From an uncultured Pseudomonadota bacterium (GTDB taxonomy: Bacteria > Pseudomonadota > Alphaproteobacteria > JACZXZ01), in contig CAVVLJ010000017.1 in NCBI GenBank assembly GCA_963749075.1, positions 288,001-352,000 on the forward strand: a stretch of DNA of 64,000 nt, written 5' to 3'. Made by a program: the position numbers and the translations under genes. Below are positions 21,827-30,555 of this stretch, one piece after another. The stretch's first letter is position 1, and the number at the start of each line of letters is the position of its first letter. The notes beneath the pieces were generated by a model. It saw only the letters and a program-made list of their open reading frames with translations, was not told the DNA's origin and ran no database searches.

Positions 21827-21897
21827 TGTACTATGAGGGAAGATGCCAGGCGCCGATGGCCGGCGAGACGCTCCGCCCGCGCTGCGAGGAGGGAACC

Positions 21898-22269
21898 ATG
21901 ACGCCCAAATCCAAGATCGGCACTTGTCCCATGGACAGCGTGCTGCGCACGCTGATGGGGCCGTGGACGACTTACATCCTCTGGGTCCTCCGCTCAGAGG
22001 GTCCGCAGCGCTTCGGCGCGCTCAAGCGCAAGGTGGCGGGCGTCTCCGCCAAGGTGCTGACCGAGCGGCTGCGCGGGCTCGAGAGCGCCGGGCTGATCGC
22101 CCGCCACTACGAGCCGACCATTCCGCCCCAGGTGACCTATTCGCTGGCCGAGCGCGGCCGCGAGCTCTCGCCCATCCTCGACGCCATCAACGGCCTCGCG
22201 CTCAAATGGGCCGGAGCAGAGGGCGGCCACGCCGCAGAGGTGCCGCCGCGAAGGAATGCGGCGGAGTAG
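21898..22269 (+). CDS. HxlR/DUF24 family winged-helix regulator
   Basis: GAGGAG RBS; TCPMDSVL..GPWT, RFGALKR..VSAKVLTERLR, PPQVTYSL. Confidence 0.92.
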   Translation: MTPKSKIGTCPMDSVLRTLMGPWTTYILWVLRSEGPQRFGALKRKVAGVSAKVLTERLRGLESAGLIARHYEPTIPPQVTYSLAERGRELSPILDAINGLALKWAGAEGGHAAEVPPRRNAAE

Positions 22270-22308
22270 GCGGTTTGCCGAAGCGGGGTGCCGCGGACGC
22301 AGTCCGGC

Positions 22309-24165
22309 TCAGGCCGCGGCGGGCGCCGGCCTCAAGAGGGCCTCGTCGAACTGCAGCGCCGCGAGGCGCGCGTAGAGCCCGCCCGCACGGACGAGCTCCT
22401 CGTGGCGGCCTTCGGCCACGATGTGCCCGCCCTCCATGACCGCGATGCGATCGCATTTGAGCACGGTGGCCAGGCGGTGCGCGATGATGAGCGTGGTGCG
22501 TCGGGCCATGAGCAGCTCGAGCGCCTGCTGCACGAGCCGCTCGCTCTCCGCGTCGAGCGCACTCGTCGCCTCGTCGAGGAGGAGGACCGTGGGATCGCGC
22601 AGGACCGCGCGCGCGATGGCGATGCGCTGGCGCTGGCCGCCCGAGAGGCGCACGCCGCGCTCGCCGAGCTGGCTCGCGAAGCCCTGGGGCAGGCGGTCGA
22701 GGAACTCGCTGGCCGCGGCGGCATCGGCCGCCTTGCGCACCTCGAGATCGCTCGCCTCCGGGCGGCCGTAGCGGATGTTCTCCCAGGCGTTGGCCGCGAA
22801 GATGACCGGATCCTGCGGCACGAGGCCGATGCGCGCGCGCGCCGCCGCCGGCTCGACCTCGCGCAAGTCGACGCCGTCGAGGCAGAGGCGGCCCCTCTGC
22901 GGGTCGTAGAAGCGCAGCAGGAGCTGGAAGACCGTGGTCTTGCCGGCGCCCGACGGCCCCACCAGCGCCACCTTCTCGCCGGGCGCTATGCCGAGCGAGA
23001 AGCTCTCGAGCGCCGATTGCTCGGGCCGCGTGGGGTAGTGGAACGTCACCTCCTCGAAGGCGACTTCGCCGCGCGGCGGCACCGGCAAGCGCTTGGGCGC
23101 CGCGGGTGCCGTGATCTGCGGCTTGGTCGCGAGCAGCTCGAAGAGCCGCTCGCTCGCCCCCGCCGCGCGCTGCAGGTCGGTCATGAACTCGCTGATGGTG
23201 CCGACCGAGGCCGCCACCACGATGGCATAGAAGACGAACGCCGAGAGCTGGCCGCTGGTGAGCCGGCCGGCGATCATGTCGTTGCCGCCGACCCACAGGA
23301 TGATGCCGACGGCGCCGAAGGCGAGCACGATGACGAGGCCGACGAGGAAGGAGCGCACGCGGATGCGCTGCGCCGCGGCCGCGAAGGCCTCCTCGGCGCG
23401 CGCGCCGAAGCGCTCGCGGTCGAGCGCCTCGTGGCCGAAGGCCTGCACGGTGCGGATGGCGCCGAGCGATTCTCCCGCATAGGCGCCCACCTCGGCGATG
23501 CCCTCCTGGCTCGCGCGCGCGAGCCGCCGCACGCGCCGGCCGACGAGGACGATCGGCACGACCACGAACGGCACCACGAGGAGGACGAGCCCGGTGAGCT
23601 TGGGGCTCGTCACCAGCATCATGGCGAGGCCGCCGGCCACCATGAGGGCGTTGCGCAAGGCCGTCGAGGCCGAGGAGCCGACCACGGTCTGGATGAGGGA
23701 GGTGTCCGCGATGAGGCGCGAGACCACCTCGCCGGTGCGCGTCGCCTCGAAGAAGGCCGGGCTCAAGCCGAGCATATGGTCGTAGACGGTGCGGCGGATG
23801 TCGGTCGCCGCCCGCTCGCCGATCCAATTGACGAAATAGTTGCGGCCGTAGGTGGCGAAGCCCATCACCGCGATGACGAGAAGGAGAAGAAGGAGTGCCT
23901 GGTCGAGCGTGGCGGCGGTGCCGCTGGCAAAGCCGGTGTCGACGAGCCAGCGCAGGCCCGCGCCGAAGAGCAGCACCGTGCCTGCCGAGGCGAGAAGCGA
24001 GGCGCTCGCCGCGGCGAATTGGCGGCGGTAGGGCCGCACGAAGGGAAGGATCAGCTTGAGGTAGCGAAGCTCGCCCGTCCTCTGACGATCCGCACCTTGA
24101 GCCTTGCCCACGCCGTCCGCGGGCGCTGCGACAGCGCCTGCCGACTCGACCGTCACCGCAGCCAT
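22309..24165 (-). CDS. MsbA-like ABC exporter (fused TMD-NBD)
   Basis: Multi-TM domain, GPSGAGKT, LSGGQRQR, LLLDEATSALD. Confidence 0.95.
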   Translation of the reverse strand: MAAVTVESAGAVAAPADGVGKAQGADRQRTGELRYLKLILPFVRPYRRQFAAASASLLASAGTVLLFGAGLRWLVDTGFASGTAATLDQALLLLLLVIAVMGFATYGRNYFVNWIGERAATDIRRTVYDHMLGLSPAFFEATRTGEVVSRLIADTSLIQTVVGSSASTALRNALMVAGGLAMMLVTSPKLTGLVLLVVPFVVVPIVLVGRRVRRLARASQEGIAEVGAYAGESLGAIRTVQAFGHEALDRERFGARAEEAFAAAAQRIRVRSFLVGLVIVLAFGAVGIILWVGGNDMIAGRLTSGQLSAFVFYAIVVAASVGTISEFMTDLQRAAGASERLFELLATKPQITAPAAPKRLPVPPRGEVAFEEVTFHYPTRPEQSALESFSLGIAPGEKVALVGPSGAGKTTVFQLLLRFYDPQRGRLCLDGVDLREVEPAAARARIGLVPQDPVIFAANAWENIRYGRPEASDLEVRKAADAAAASEFLDRLPQGFASQLGERGVRLSGGQRQRIAIARAVLRDPTVLLLDEATSALDAESERLVQQALELLMARRTTLIIAHRLATVLKCDRIAVMEGGHIVAEGRHEELVRAGGLYARLAALQFDEALLRPAPAAA

Positions 24166-24404
24166 CCGATCCTTTCCCGCCCGATTTTATCGTGCCCGAT
24201 TCATTCGCACGTGCCGCCTCGCCCGCGCGGGCGGCTTTGTTCTCCCCCTGCACTCTCCGCATGGCATGCCACCGAGCGGACGCCGCGCGGGAAGCCTCCC
24301 GGTCCCCCCTCGGGCCGGCCCTTCAGCCGGATTCCCGATTCTGCTATGCTTCCTCGCTTTGGCGCCGGATCGTCCGGCCCGCCAGGCTCGCAATGCGGCC
24401 CGCC

Positions 24405-25007
24405 ATGCCCGATTCGCGTCCCATCGCCACGCTCGAGCCGCACGAATTGTGGCAGATATTGTCGCAATTGAAACCGAACGTCTACGAATTCGTGCACGGC
24501 AAGCAGAAGCTCGGGGTGCGCAAGAAGGGCAGCTTCATGATGCGGCACTTCCGCACCGTGGCGGAGCTCGAGGACTTCATCAAATCGGCGGAGAAGAACC
24601 CGGCCCGCGCCGCCGAGGATGCTGCGGTGCTTGCGGCAGCGCCGGAGCCGCCGCCGCCGCGGGAGGACGTCTCCAAGGCCCTCTGGGCGCTGCGCGAGCA
24701 GATCCGCCGGCTCGAGGAGATCAACGACGAGCTCAGGGCCAAGGGCAAGAAGGTCGTCGCCGACCGCGACAATTGGGAGCGGCGCGCCAAGGAGCTCGAG
24801 AAGGAGATCGCGGGCCTGCGCACAGCGGCAAGGCGGGCGCAGAGCGGCCCGGCGTCGGCCAACCAGAAGATCAAGCGGGTCAAGGTCGCCTTCGCCAAGC
24901 TCTGCCACCCGAACAATATCCGCGCCGCCGGCTACGAGGCCTCGATCCGCGCCGAGATCTTCAAGGAGTTCTGGGAGCAGCTCGAGAGGATCGAGGCGGA
25001 CACGTGA
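24405..25007 (+). CDS. Hypothetical coiled-coil protein with a C-terminal J-domain-like segment
   Basis: Strong GC3 coding pattern; heptad region; KRVKVAFAKLCHPNN. Confidence 0.65.
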   Translation: MPDSRPIATLEPHELWQILSQLKPNVYEFVHGKQKLGVRKKGSFMMRHFRTVAELEDFIKSAEKNPARAAEDAAVLAAAPEPPPPREDVSKALWALREQIRRLEEINDELRAKGKKVVADRDNWERRAKELEKEIAGLRTAARRAQSGPASANQKIKRVKVAFAKLCHPNNIRAAGYEASIRAEIFKEFWEQLERIEADT

Positions 25008-25033
25008 GCGCCGCGGCCCGGCGCCATGGCACC

Positions 25034-26014
25034 ATGCAAAACGCCATTCCGGTCATCGACCTGGCGCCGGCGCTCGCCGGATCGGAGGCGGCGAGACGCG
25101 CGGCCGCCAAGACGATCGACCGCACCTGCCGGGAGATCGGCTTCTTCACCATCACCGGCCACGGCGTCCCGCAAGCGCTTGCCCAGGAGCTGCGCGAGAA
25201 GGCGCGTGCCTTCTTCGCCCTCCCGCTCGCGGAGAAGTGCTGCGCGATCCACCCCGAGCCGCGCACGCCGCGCGGCTACCGGGCACTCGGGATGGAGGCC
25301 CTCGCCTACGGCAATGCGCGGCCGACCCCGCCGGACCTCAAGGAATATTACCATTTCGGCCGCGAGCGCTGGCCGGACGAGCCCTACTACAACGAGGGCG
25401 AGGGGCGCCGTTACTTCATCCCGAACCTGTGGCCGGTGCTGCCCGCCGGCTTCGCCGCGGCCGCCGAGCGCTACTATGCGGCGATGGAGCGCTTGAGCGG
25501 GCTCCTGATGGAGCTCAGCGCACTCGCCCTCGGCCTCGATGCCGGCTTCTTCCGCGACAAGATCGACCGCCACATCACCGCCATGCGGCTCAACTTCTAT
25601 CCGGCGCTGACCGCGGAACCCGCACCCGGCCAGCTGCGCGCGGGCGAGCATACGGATTACGGCCTCCTCACCATCTTGAACGGCGAGAACGCGCCCGGCG
25701 GCCTCCAGCTCGAGACCCGCGGCGGCGAGTGGCTCGACGTCGAGACCGAGCCCGAGACCTTCGTGGTCAACATCGGCGATCTCCTGATGCGCTGGACGAA
25801 CGACCGCTGGGTGTCGAACAGCCACCGGGTGGCCAATCCGCCGCAGGGCGAAGCCTGCGCCACGAGCCGCCTCTCGATCGCCTTCTTCCACCATCCCAAT
25901 TACGACGCGCTGATCGAATGCATAGCACCCGCTGGCGAGGCCAAATACCCGCCCGTGCGCTCGGGCGCCTACCGCGACCTCAAATACCGCCAGACCCGGC
26001 TCGTGGCCGATTGA
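25034..26014 (+). CDS. IPNS-family 2OG-Fe(II) oxygenase
   Basis: IPVIDL, GEHTDYGLLT, VVNIGDLL.RWTN, SNSHRV, RLSIAFF. Confidence 0.93.
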   Translation: MQNAIPVIDLAPALAGSEAARRAAAKTIDRTCREIGFFTITGHGVPQALAQELREKARAFFALPLAEKCCAIHPEPRTPRGYRALGMEALAYGNARPTPPDLKEYYHFGRERWPDEPYYNEGEGRRYFIPNLWPVLPAGFAAAAERYYAAMERLSGLLMELSALALGLDAGFFRDKIDRHITAMRLNFYPALTAEPAPGQLRAGEHTDYGLLTILNGENAPGGLQLETRGGEWLDVETEPETFVVNIGDLLMRWTNDRWVSNSHRVANPPQGEACATSRLSIAFFHHPNYDALIECIAPAGEAKYPPVRSGAYRDLKYRQTRLVAD

Positions 26015-26047
26015 GGCGCGCGAATAGCGCTCACGGATGCTTTGCCG

Positions 26048-26776
26048 CTAACGGCACTCCGCCTTCGTAATGCCGAACGACACGCGCCGGGCGCCGTCGT
26101 GGAGGCAACCCGCGACCCAATTGCCCGAGTGGACCTCGCCGTTGGCGAAGCGAAGCGTGCCGAAGCCGTTCGCGCGATCGTCCTTCCACTCGCCCTCGTA
26201 GCGGTCGCCGTCCGCCCACAGGAAGACGCCGTGACCGGCCTTGCGGTCATCCTTCCACTCGCCGTCGTAGCGGTCGCCGGCCGCCGTCACCATGACGCCG
26301 TGGCCATTCCGCCGATCGTCCCTGAACTCGCCGTCGTAGCGCGCGCCATCCGCCCATAGGAAGACGCCGCGGCCGTTCTCGCGGTCGTCGCGCAACTCGC
26401 CCTCGTAGCGGTTGCCGTTCGCCGCCACGAGGACGCCATGGCCGCTCATGCGATTGTCCCTGAACTCGCCGTCGTAGCGATTGCCGTTTGCCCATGCGAC
26501 GACGCCGCGGCCGTTCGCTCGGCCGTTGCGCATCTCGCCCTCGTAGCGCTCGGCCGGCTTGCCGTCTTGGTACCATTGCAGCACTCCCTGGCCGCTGGCG
26601 ATGCCGTTCGGGCAGGCCCCGCTCCAGGTGATCGTTTCGCGCGGCTCCGGGATGGCATCCCAGACCCGGCAGCCGTTATTGTCGCCGATCCAGGCCGGCG
26701 CGAGCGGCTTCTGCTGTGCGTCGGCGATGCCGATCTCGCACAAGGCCGCAACGATCCCCATAGCGATCCGCCACAT
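26048..26776 (-). CDS. Secreted MORN-repeat protein
   Basis: Signal peptide then about six RY(E/D)GE...G.G repeats. Confidence 0.9.
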   Translation of the reverse strand: MWRIAMGIVAALCEIGIADAQQKPLAPAWIGDNNGCRVWDAIPEPRETITWSGACPNGIASGQGVLQWYQDGKPAERYEGEMRNGRANGRGVVAWANGNRYDGEFRDNRMSGHGVLVAANGNRYEGELRDDRENGRGVFLWADGARYDGEFRDDRRNGHGVMVTAAGDRYDGEWKDDRKAGHGVFLWADGDRYEGEWKDDRANGFGTLRFANGEVHSGNWVAGCLHDGARRVSFGITKAECR

Positions 26777-26989
26777 GTCCCTCTTCCCGACCGCCTTTTC
26801 CTGGCCGCCTCGCCCTGAACGGCGCGCCGCGATGCGTAATCGTCGGCCCACTCCGAAGGTCGGATAGTCTAACCCCGGCTTGAGGGCCTTTCAAAAACTC
26901 CGATCGGGATGGCCGGCCCGTGACGGCAGTCACTGACGCTCGTTTCGCCGTGCGCTAAAAGAGCCGCCATGAGCAAAGGAGGAAAAGCC

Positions 26990-27706
26990 ATGCCGGCGCA
27001 AATTTCCCAGCTCGCTTCCAGTCTCGCCCACCGATCCGATGGCGGCCATAGGCTCGCATGCTTCGCGGCCAGGCCTGCCACGAAGCTCAGCCGCCGGACG
27101 TTCTTGACCATTGCGGCCTCAGCCGCATTGCCCATGGCACTGGCCCCGCGCGGGGCGAGGGCCGAGGACTTGACGGACGAGGCCGCCGCTTTCGTCACGC
27201 AGGTCGTAGCCCGCGCGTTCGAGATCCTGCAAAACAAGTCGCTCAGCAGAGAGGCGCGGATCGAGGCCCTCAAGGGGCTGTTCCTCGAGCGCTTCGACGT
27301 GCGCGCGATGAGCCTCTTCGCCCTCGGCAATTATGCCGGGAGGGCCATGGGGGCCCAGCGCGACGCCTACGTCGAGGCCTTCAAGGACTACATGATCCAG
27401 CACTATTTCGGGCGCCTGGAAGCGGTCGGCGACACCTTCTCGATCGGCAGGGCCTCGCCGGACGGCGAGAATATCGTCTGGGTGACGAGCGGGATCGGCT
27501 CGCGCGGCGGCAAGCCCTACAGGGTCGAATGGCGGGTCCGCAAAGAGGACGACGGCCTCAAGATCTTCAACGTCATCCTCGAGGGCTCGAGCCTCTTGTG
27601 GGTGCAGCGCACCGACTTCGCGTCGGTCCTGCAGAGCAACAACGGCAACGTGACGCGCCTGACCGAGCTCATGCGCATCCAGAAGGTCGGCAAAGAGACT
27701 CCGTGA
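26990..27706 (+). CDS. MlaC/Ttg2D-family binding protein with twin-arginine signal
   Basis: AAGGAGG RBS; SRRTFL Tat motif; FDVRAMSLFALG, VEWRVR..KIFNVILEGSSL..QRTDFASVL. Confidence 0.82.
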   Translation: MPAQISQLASSLAHRSDGGHRLACFAARPATKLSRRTFLTIAASAALPMALAPRGARAEDLTDEAAAFVTQVVARAFEILQNKSLSREARIEALKGLFLERFDVRAMSLFALGNYAGRAMGAQRDAYVEAFKDYMIQHYFGRLEAVGDTFSIGRASPDGENIVWVTSGIGSRGGKPYRVEWRVRKEDDGLKIFNVILEGSSLLWVQRTDFASVLQSNNGNVTRLTELMRIQKVGKETP

Positions 27707-27736
27707 GCCGGAGGCGGCGGCCGGACAAATGCCGGT

Positions 27737-28183
27737 CTAGCGCGCGGCGGACGAGCGGGTAACACCTCCGCCTGCGGAGAGGGCGCGCTCTCCCGCCCCG
27801 ACGAACTCGAGCCATCCGCCCGCGGCAACGCCCCAGGCGCCGTTGGCGATGAGCGGGACGACGATGCTGAGCGGCCCGCCCGAAAGCCCGAAGAAGCCCA
27901 TGTGCCAGACGTAGGGGAAGAGCACCAGCCAGACGCCCAGCGACGGGCCGATGCCGAAGACGAGCGCGCGCACCAGCCAATGGCTGCGCCAGGGAATGAG
28001 GAAGAGGAAGCCCCACAGGCCGCCCCACACGAGGGCCTGGTAGAGCCACTCCTTGCTCACGACGGGTGCTCCGATGATGCCGATGGCGCCCATCGCCACG
28101 AGCGCCGCCCGATTGAAGAGCGCCCCCAAGGCACCCGCGGAGAACGCCAGCGTCGCTTGCCGCCAAAATGCCCGCTGGAGCAT
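27737..28183 (-). CDS. Hypothetical 4-TM membrane protein
   Basis: Hydrophobic, Gly/Trp-rich (WLYQALVWGGLWG). Confidence 0.7.
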   Translation of the reverse strand: MLQRAFWRQATLAFSAGALGALFNRAALVAMGAIGIIGAPVVSKEWLYQALVWGGLWGFLFLIPWRSHWLVRALVFGIGPSLGVWLVLFPYVWHMGFFGLSGGPLSIVVPLIANGAWGVAAGGWLEFVGAGERALSAGGGVTRSSAAR

Positions 28184-28259
28184 CCTTTGCGTCCTCCGCT
28201 TGATCGCCCTGCCATAGGCCGGCCGGGCCGTCCGCCGGGACTGCGGAGAGCGCCGGCTT

Positions 28260-28874
28260 CTAGCGCGAGTAGAACTCGACGACCAGGTTCGGCTCCATCT
28301 GCACCGGGTAGGGCACGTCGGCGAGCTTGGGGCCGCGCACGAACTTGCCCTGCATCTTCTTGTAGTCGACCTCGAGGTAGTCGGGCACGTCGCGCTCGCC
28401 GAGCACGATCGCCTCGAGCACCATGGGCAGCTCGCGCGACTTCTCCTTGACCTCGACCGTATCGCCGTCCTTGACCTGGTAGGAGGAGATGGTGACGCGG
28501 CGGCCGTTGACGCGCACGTGGCCGTGGCTCACGAACTGGCGCGCGGCGAAGACGGTCGGCACGAACTTCATGCGGTAGATCACCGCATCGAGCCGGCGCT
28601 CGAGGAGCTGGACGAGGTGCTCGCCAGTGTCGCCGCGCCGGCGGATCGCCTCGGCGTAGTAGCGGCGGAACTGGCGCTCGGTGATGTTGCCGTAATAGCC
28701 CTTGAGCTTCTGCTTGGCGGAGAGCTGGATGCCGTAGTCGGAGGGCTTGCGGCGGCGCTGGCCGTGCTGGCCGGGGCCGTATTCGCGCTTGTTGTAGGGG
28801 CTCTTGGGCCGGCCCCACAGATTGACGCCGAGGCGCCGGTTGATCTTGTACTTCGAGCTCGCTCGCTTGCTCAT
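28260..28874 (-). CDS. rpsD: 30S ribosomal protein S4
   Basis: [37 protein letters not shown]. Confidence 0.98.
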   Translation of the reverse strand: MSKRASSKYKINRRLGVNLWGRPKSPYNKREYGPGQHGQRRRKPSDYGIQLSAKQKLKGYYGNITERQFRRYYAEAIRRRGDTGEHLVQLLERRLDAVIYRMKFVPTVFAARQFVSHGHVRVNGRRVTISSYQVKDGDTVEVKEKSRELPMVLEAIVLGERDVPDYLEVDYKKMQGKFVRGPKLADVPYPVQMEPNLVVEFYSR

Positions 28875-28978
28875 CTCGCGTCTCTGTCTGTTATGGTTGT
28901 TGTTGTCCCGGTAGGTCCTGCCTCGGCGCTGGCCGAGCGGACGGGGCCCTGAGCCCGCTTTCCCGGAAAGAACGCGGG

Positions 28979-29006
28979 AGTATAGCGGCCGAAGTCCGGT
29001 TGTCAA
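28979..29006 (-). promoter_or_regulatory. sigma70 promoter of rpsD
   Basis: TTGACA-16 bp-TATACT on the minus strand. Confidence 0.7.
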
Positions 29007-29055
29007 ACGCTGTTCCGGGGCCGTTCCGGGCCTCGGAGCGGCGCAGCCGCCGTCG

Positions 29056-29572
29056 TCATTCCCGGCCGGAGCGAGGGTCGCTTCCCGCCCGTGCCTTGCC
29101 GTCGTGGCCGCCCAGCACCCGCGGCGGCACCTCGGTCCAGGCGTCCTTCCGGGTCCTCTCGTAGTCCTGGTTCAGCGGGTAATGAATGCGGTTCTCCGGC
29201 TTGGCCGCCTCGCCGACCACCAGGAGGCGGACCTCCGTCGCCGTATTGTTGAGAAACGTGTGGCAAATCCCGGTGCCGGCCGGAAAGCCGACCGCGTCGC
29301 CGGGGGCAAGGCGATAGAGCGTTCCATCGATCCAGAACGTCGGGAGCCCCCTCCAACACATAGACGAATTCCTCCTCGGCACTTTCCGCGTGGGGATAGG
29401 ACGTCCGCCGCCCGGGCAAGAGCCGCTCATGGTGGATGCCGATACGGGTCAGACCGAGGCGGCGGCCGAGCGGGGCACCGATCGAGTGCAGCTCGGCATC
29501 GCCCGGATAGTGGTTGTCATCGGCGCCTTCGAGCTCGCGCCAGTGCCGGATGAAACTCGGCCGCTCCGTCAT
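29056..29572 (-). CDS. Cupin domain protein, +1 frameshift near 29337
   Basis: [29 protein letters not shown], then [23 protein letters not shown] in the next frame. Confidence 0.8.
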
Positions 29573-30459
29573 CGCTGCCTCCGGGGTGGTAGCCCGAGGC
29601 TATCCAGGTTGCGCGGGCGCGAGGGGCGAGCTCTCGCTGGCATCGCGGGTCCGCGGCCGGCGCTCTTGGCCACAACCTTGCTCCCCACGCGCGCGGCCCT
29701 GGGCTCGACCAGGTTGGCGATGACGCCGCGGAGCGTGCGCACCTCCTGCGAGGTGAGCTCGGCGCGCGCCAGGAGGTTGCGCAGGTTGCGCACGACCGAG
29801 GGCCGCTTCTCGCGGTTGCGCAAGAAGCCGCAGGCGTCGAGCTCGTGCTCGAGATGGGCGAAGAGGCCCACGAGCTCGGCGCGGCTCGCGCGCGCGCTGC
29901 GGCCGGTCGGCACGTGGCGCGCGGGCACCTCGCTTGCCGCCTGCCACCATTCGTAGCCGACCACGAGCACCGCCTGGGCGAGATTGAGCGAGGAGAAGGC
30001 GGGATTGAGCGGCACGTGGAGATGCACGTCGGCGAGTGCCAGCTGGTCGTTGGTGAGGCCCATGCGCTCGGGCCCGAAGAGGATGCCGCAGCGCTCGCCC
30101 GAGGCTGCGGCCGCGCGCATCTCGGCAGCGGCATTGCGCGGCGTGGCGACCGGCTTCACCATCTCGCGCGGCCTGGCGCTCGCGGCATAGAGGCGCTGCA
30201 GGTCGGCCGTCGCCGCTTCGACGCTTCCGAAGAGGGTTGCATCCTTGAGCACGCGCTCGGCTCCCGAGGCGGCGGCTTCGGCCTTGGCATTGGGCCAGCC
30301 GTCGCGCGGCCGCACCAGGCGCAGCTCGGTGAGCCCGCAATTCATCATGGCGCGCGCGGCAAAGCCGATGTTCTCGCCAAGCTGGGGCTCGACGAGGATC
30401 ACCGCCGGCCCCCGCAGCTTGCCCGCGCCGCGCTGCTTCGTTCTGTCGGTGCCGGCCAT
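29569..30459 (-). CDS. trmJ: TrmJ/LasT-family SPOUT RNA methyltransferase
   Basis: ILVEPQLGENIG, LFGPERMGL, SSLNLAQAV. Confidence 0.9.
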   Translation of the reverse strand: MAGTDRTKQRGAGKLRGPAVILVEPQLGENIGFAARAMMNCGLTELRLVRPRDGWPNAKAEAAASGAERVLKDATLFGSVEAATADLQRLYAASARPREMVKPVATPRNAAAEMRAAAASGERCGILFGPERMGLTNDQLALADVHLHVPLNPAFSSLNLAQAVLVVGYEWWQAASEVPARHVPTGRSARASRAELVGLFAHLEHELDACGFLRNREKRPSVVRNLRNLLARAELTSQEVRTLRGVIANLVEPRAARVGSKVVAKSAGRGPAMPARARPSRPRNLDSLGLPPRRQR

Positions 30460-30461
30460 GT

Positions 30462-30555
30462 CAGACGGCGGACGACGGACGACGGACGACAGAAGAGAAA
30501 AATGATACCGAGACGCTCATCGCACGCATTTCCGGCATCCGTCGTCCGTCATCTG
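30462..30555. repeat. Inverted pair of 7-bp tandem arrays (CGGACGA-like)
   Basis: cagacgg-cggacga x3-cagaaga ... tccggca-tccgtcg-tccgtca-tctg. Confidence 0.7.

Noticed and set aside
26150-26560. 69-bp periodic repeats as a DNA-level element
   Set aside because: Explained by MORN protein repeats.
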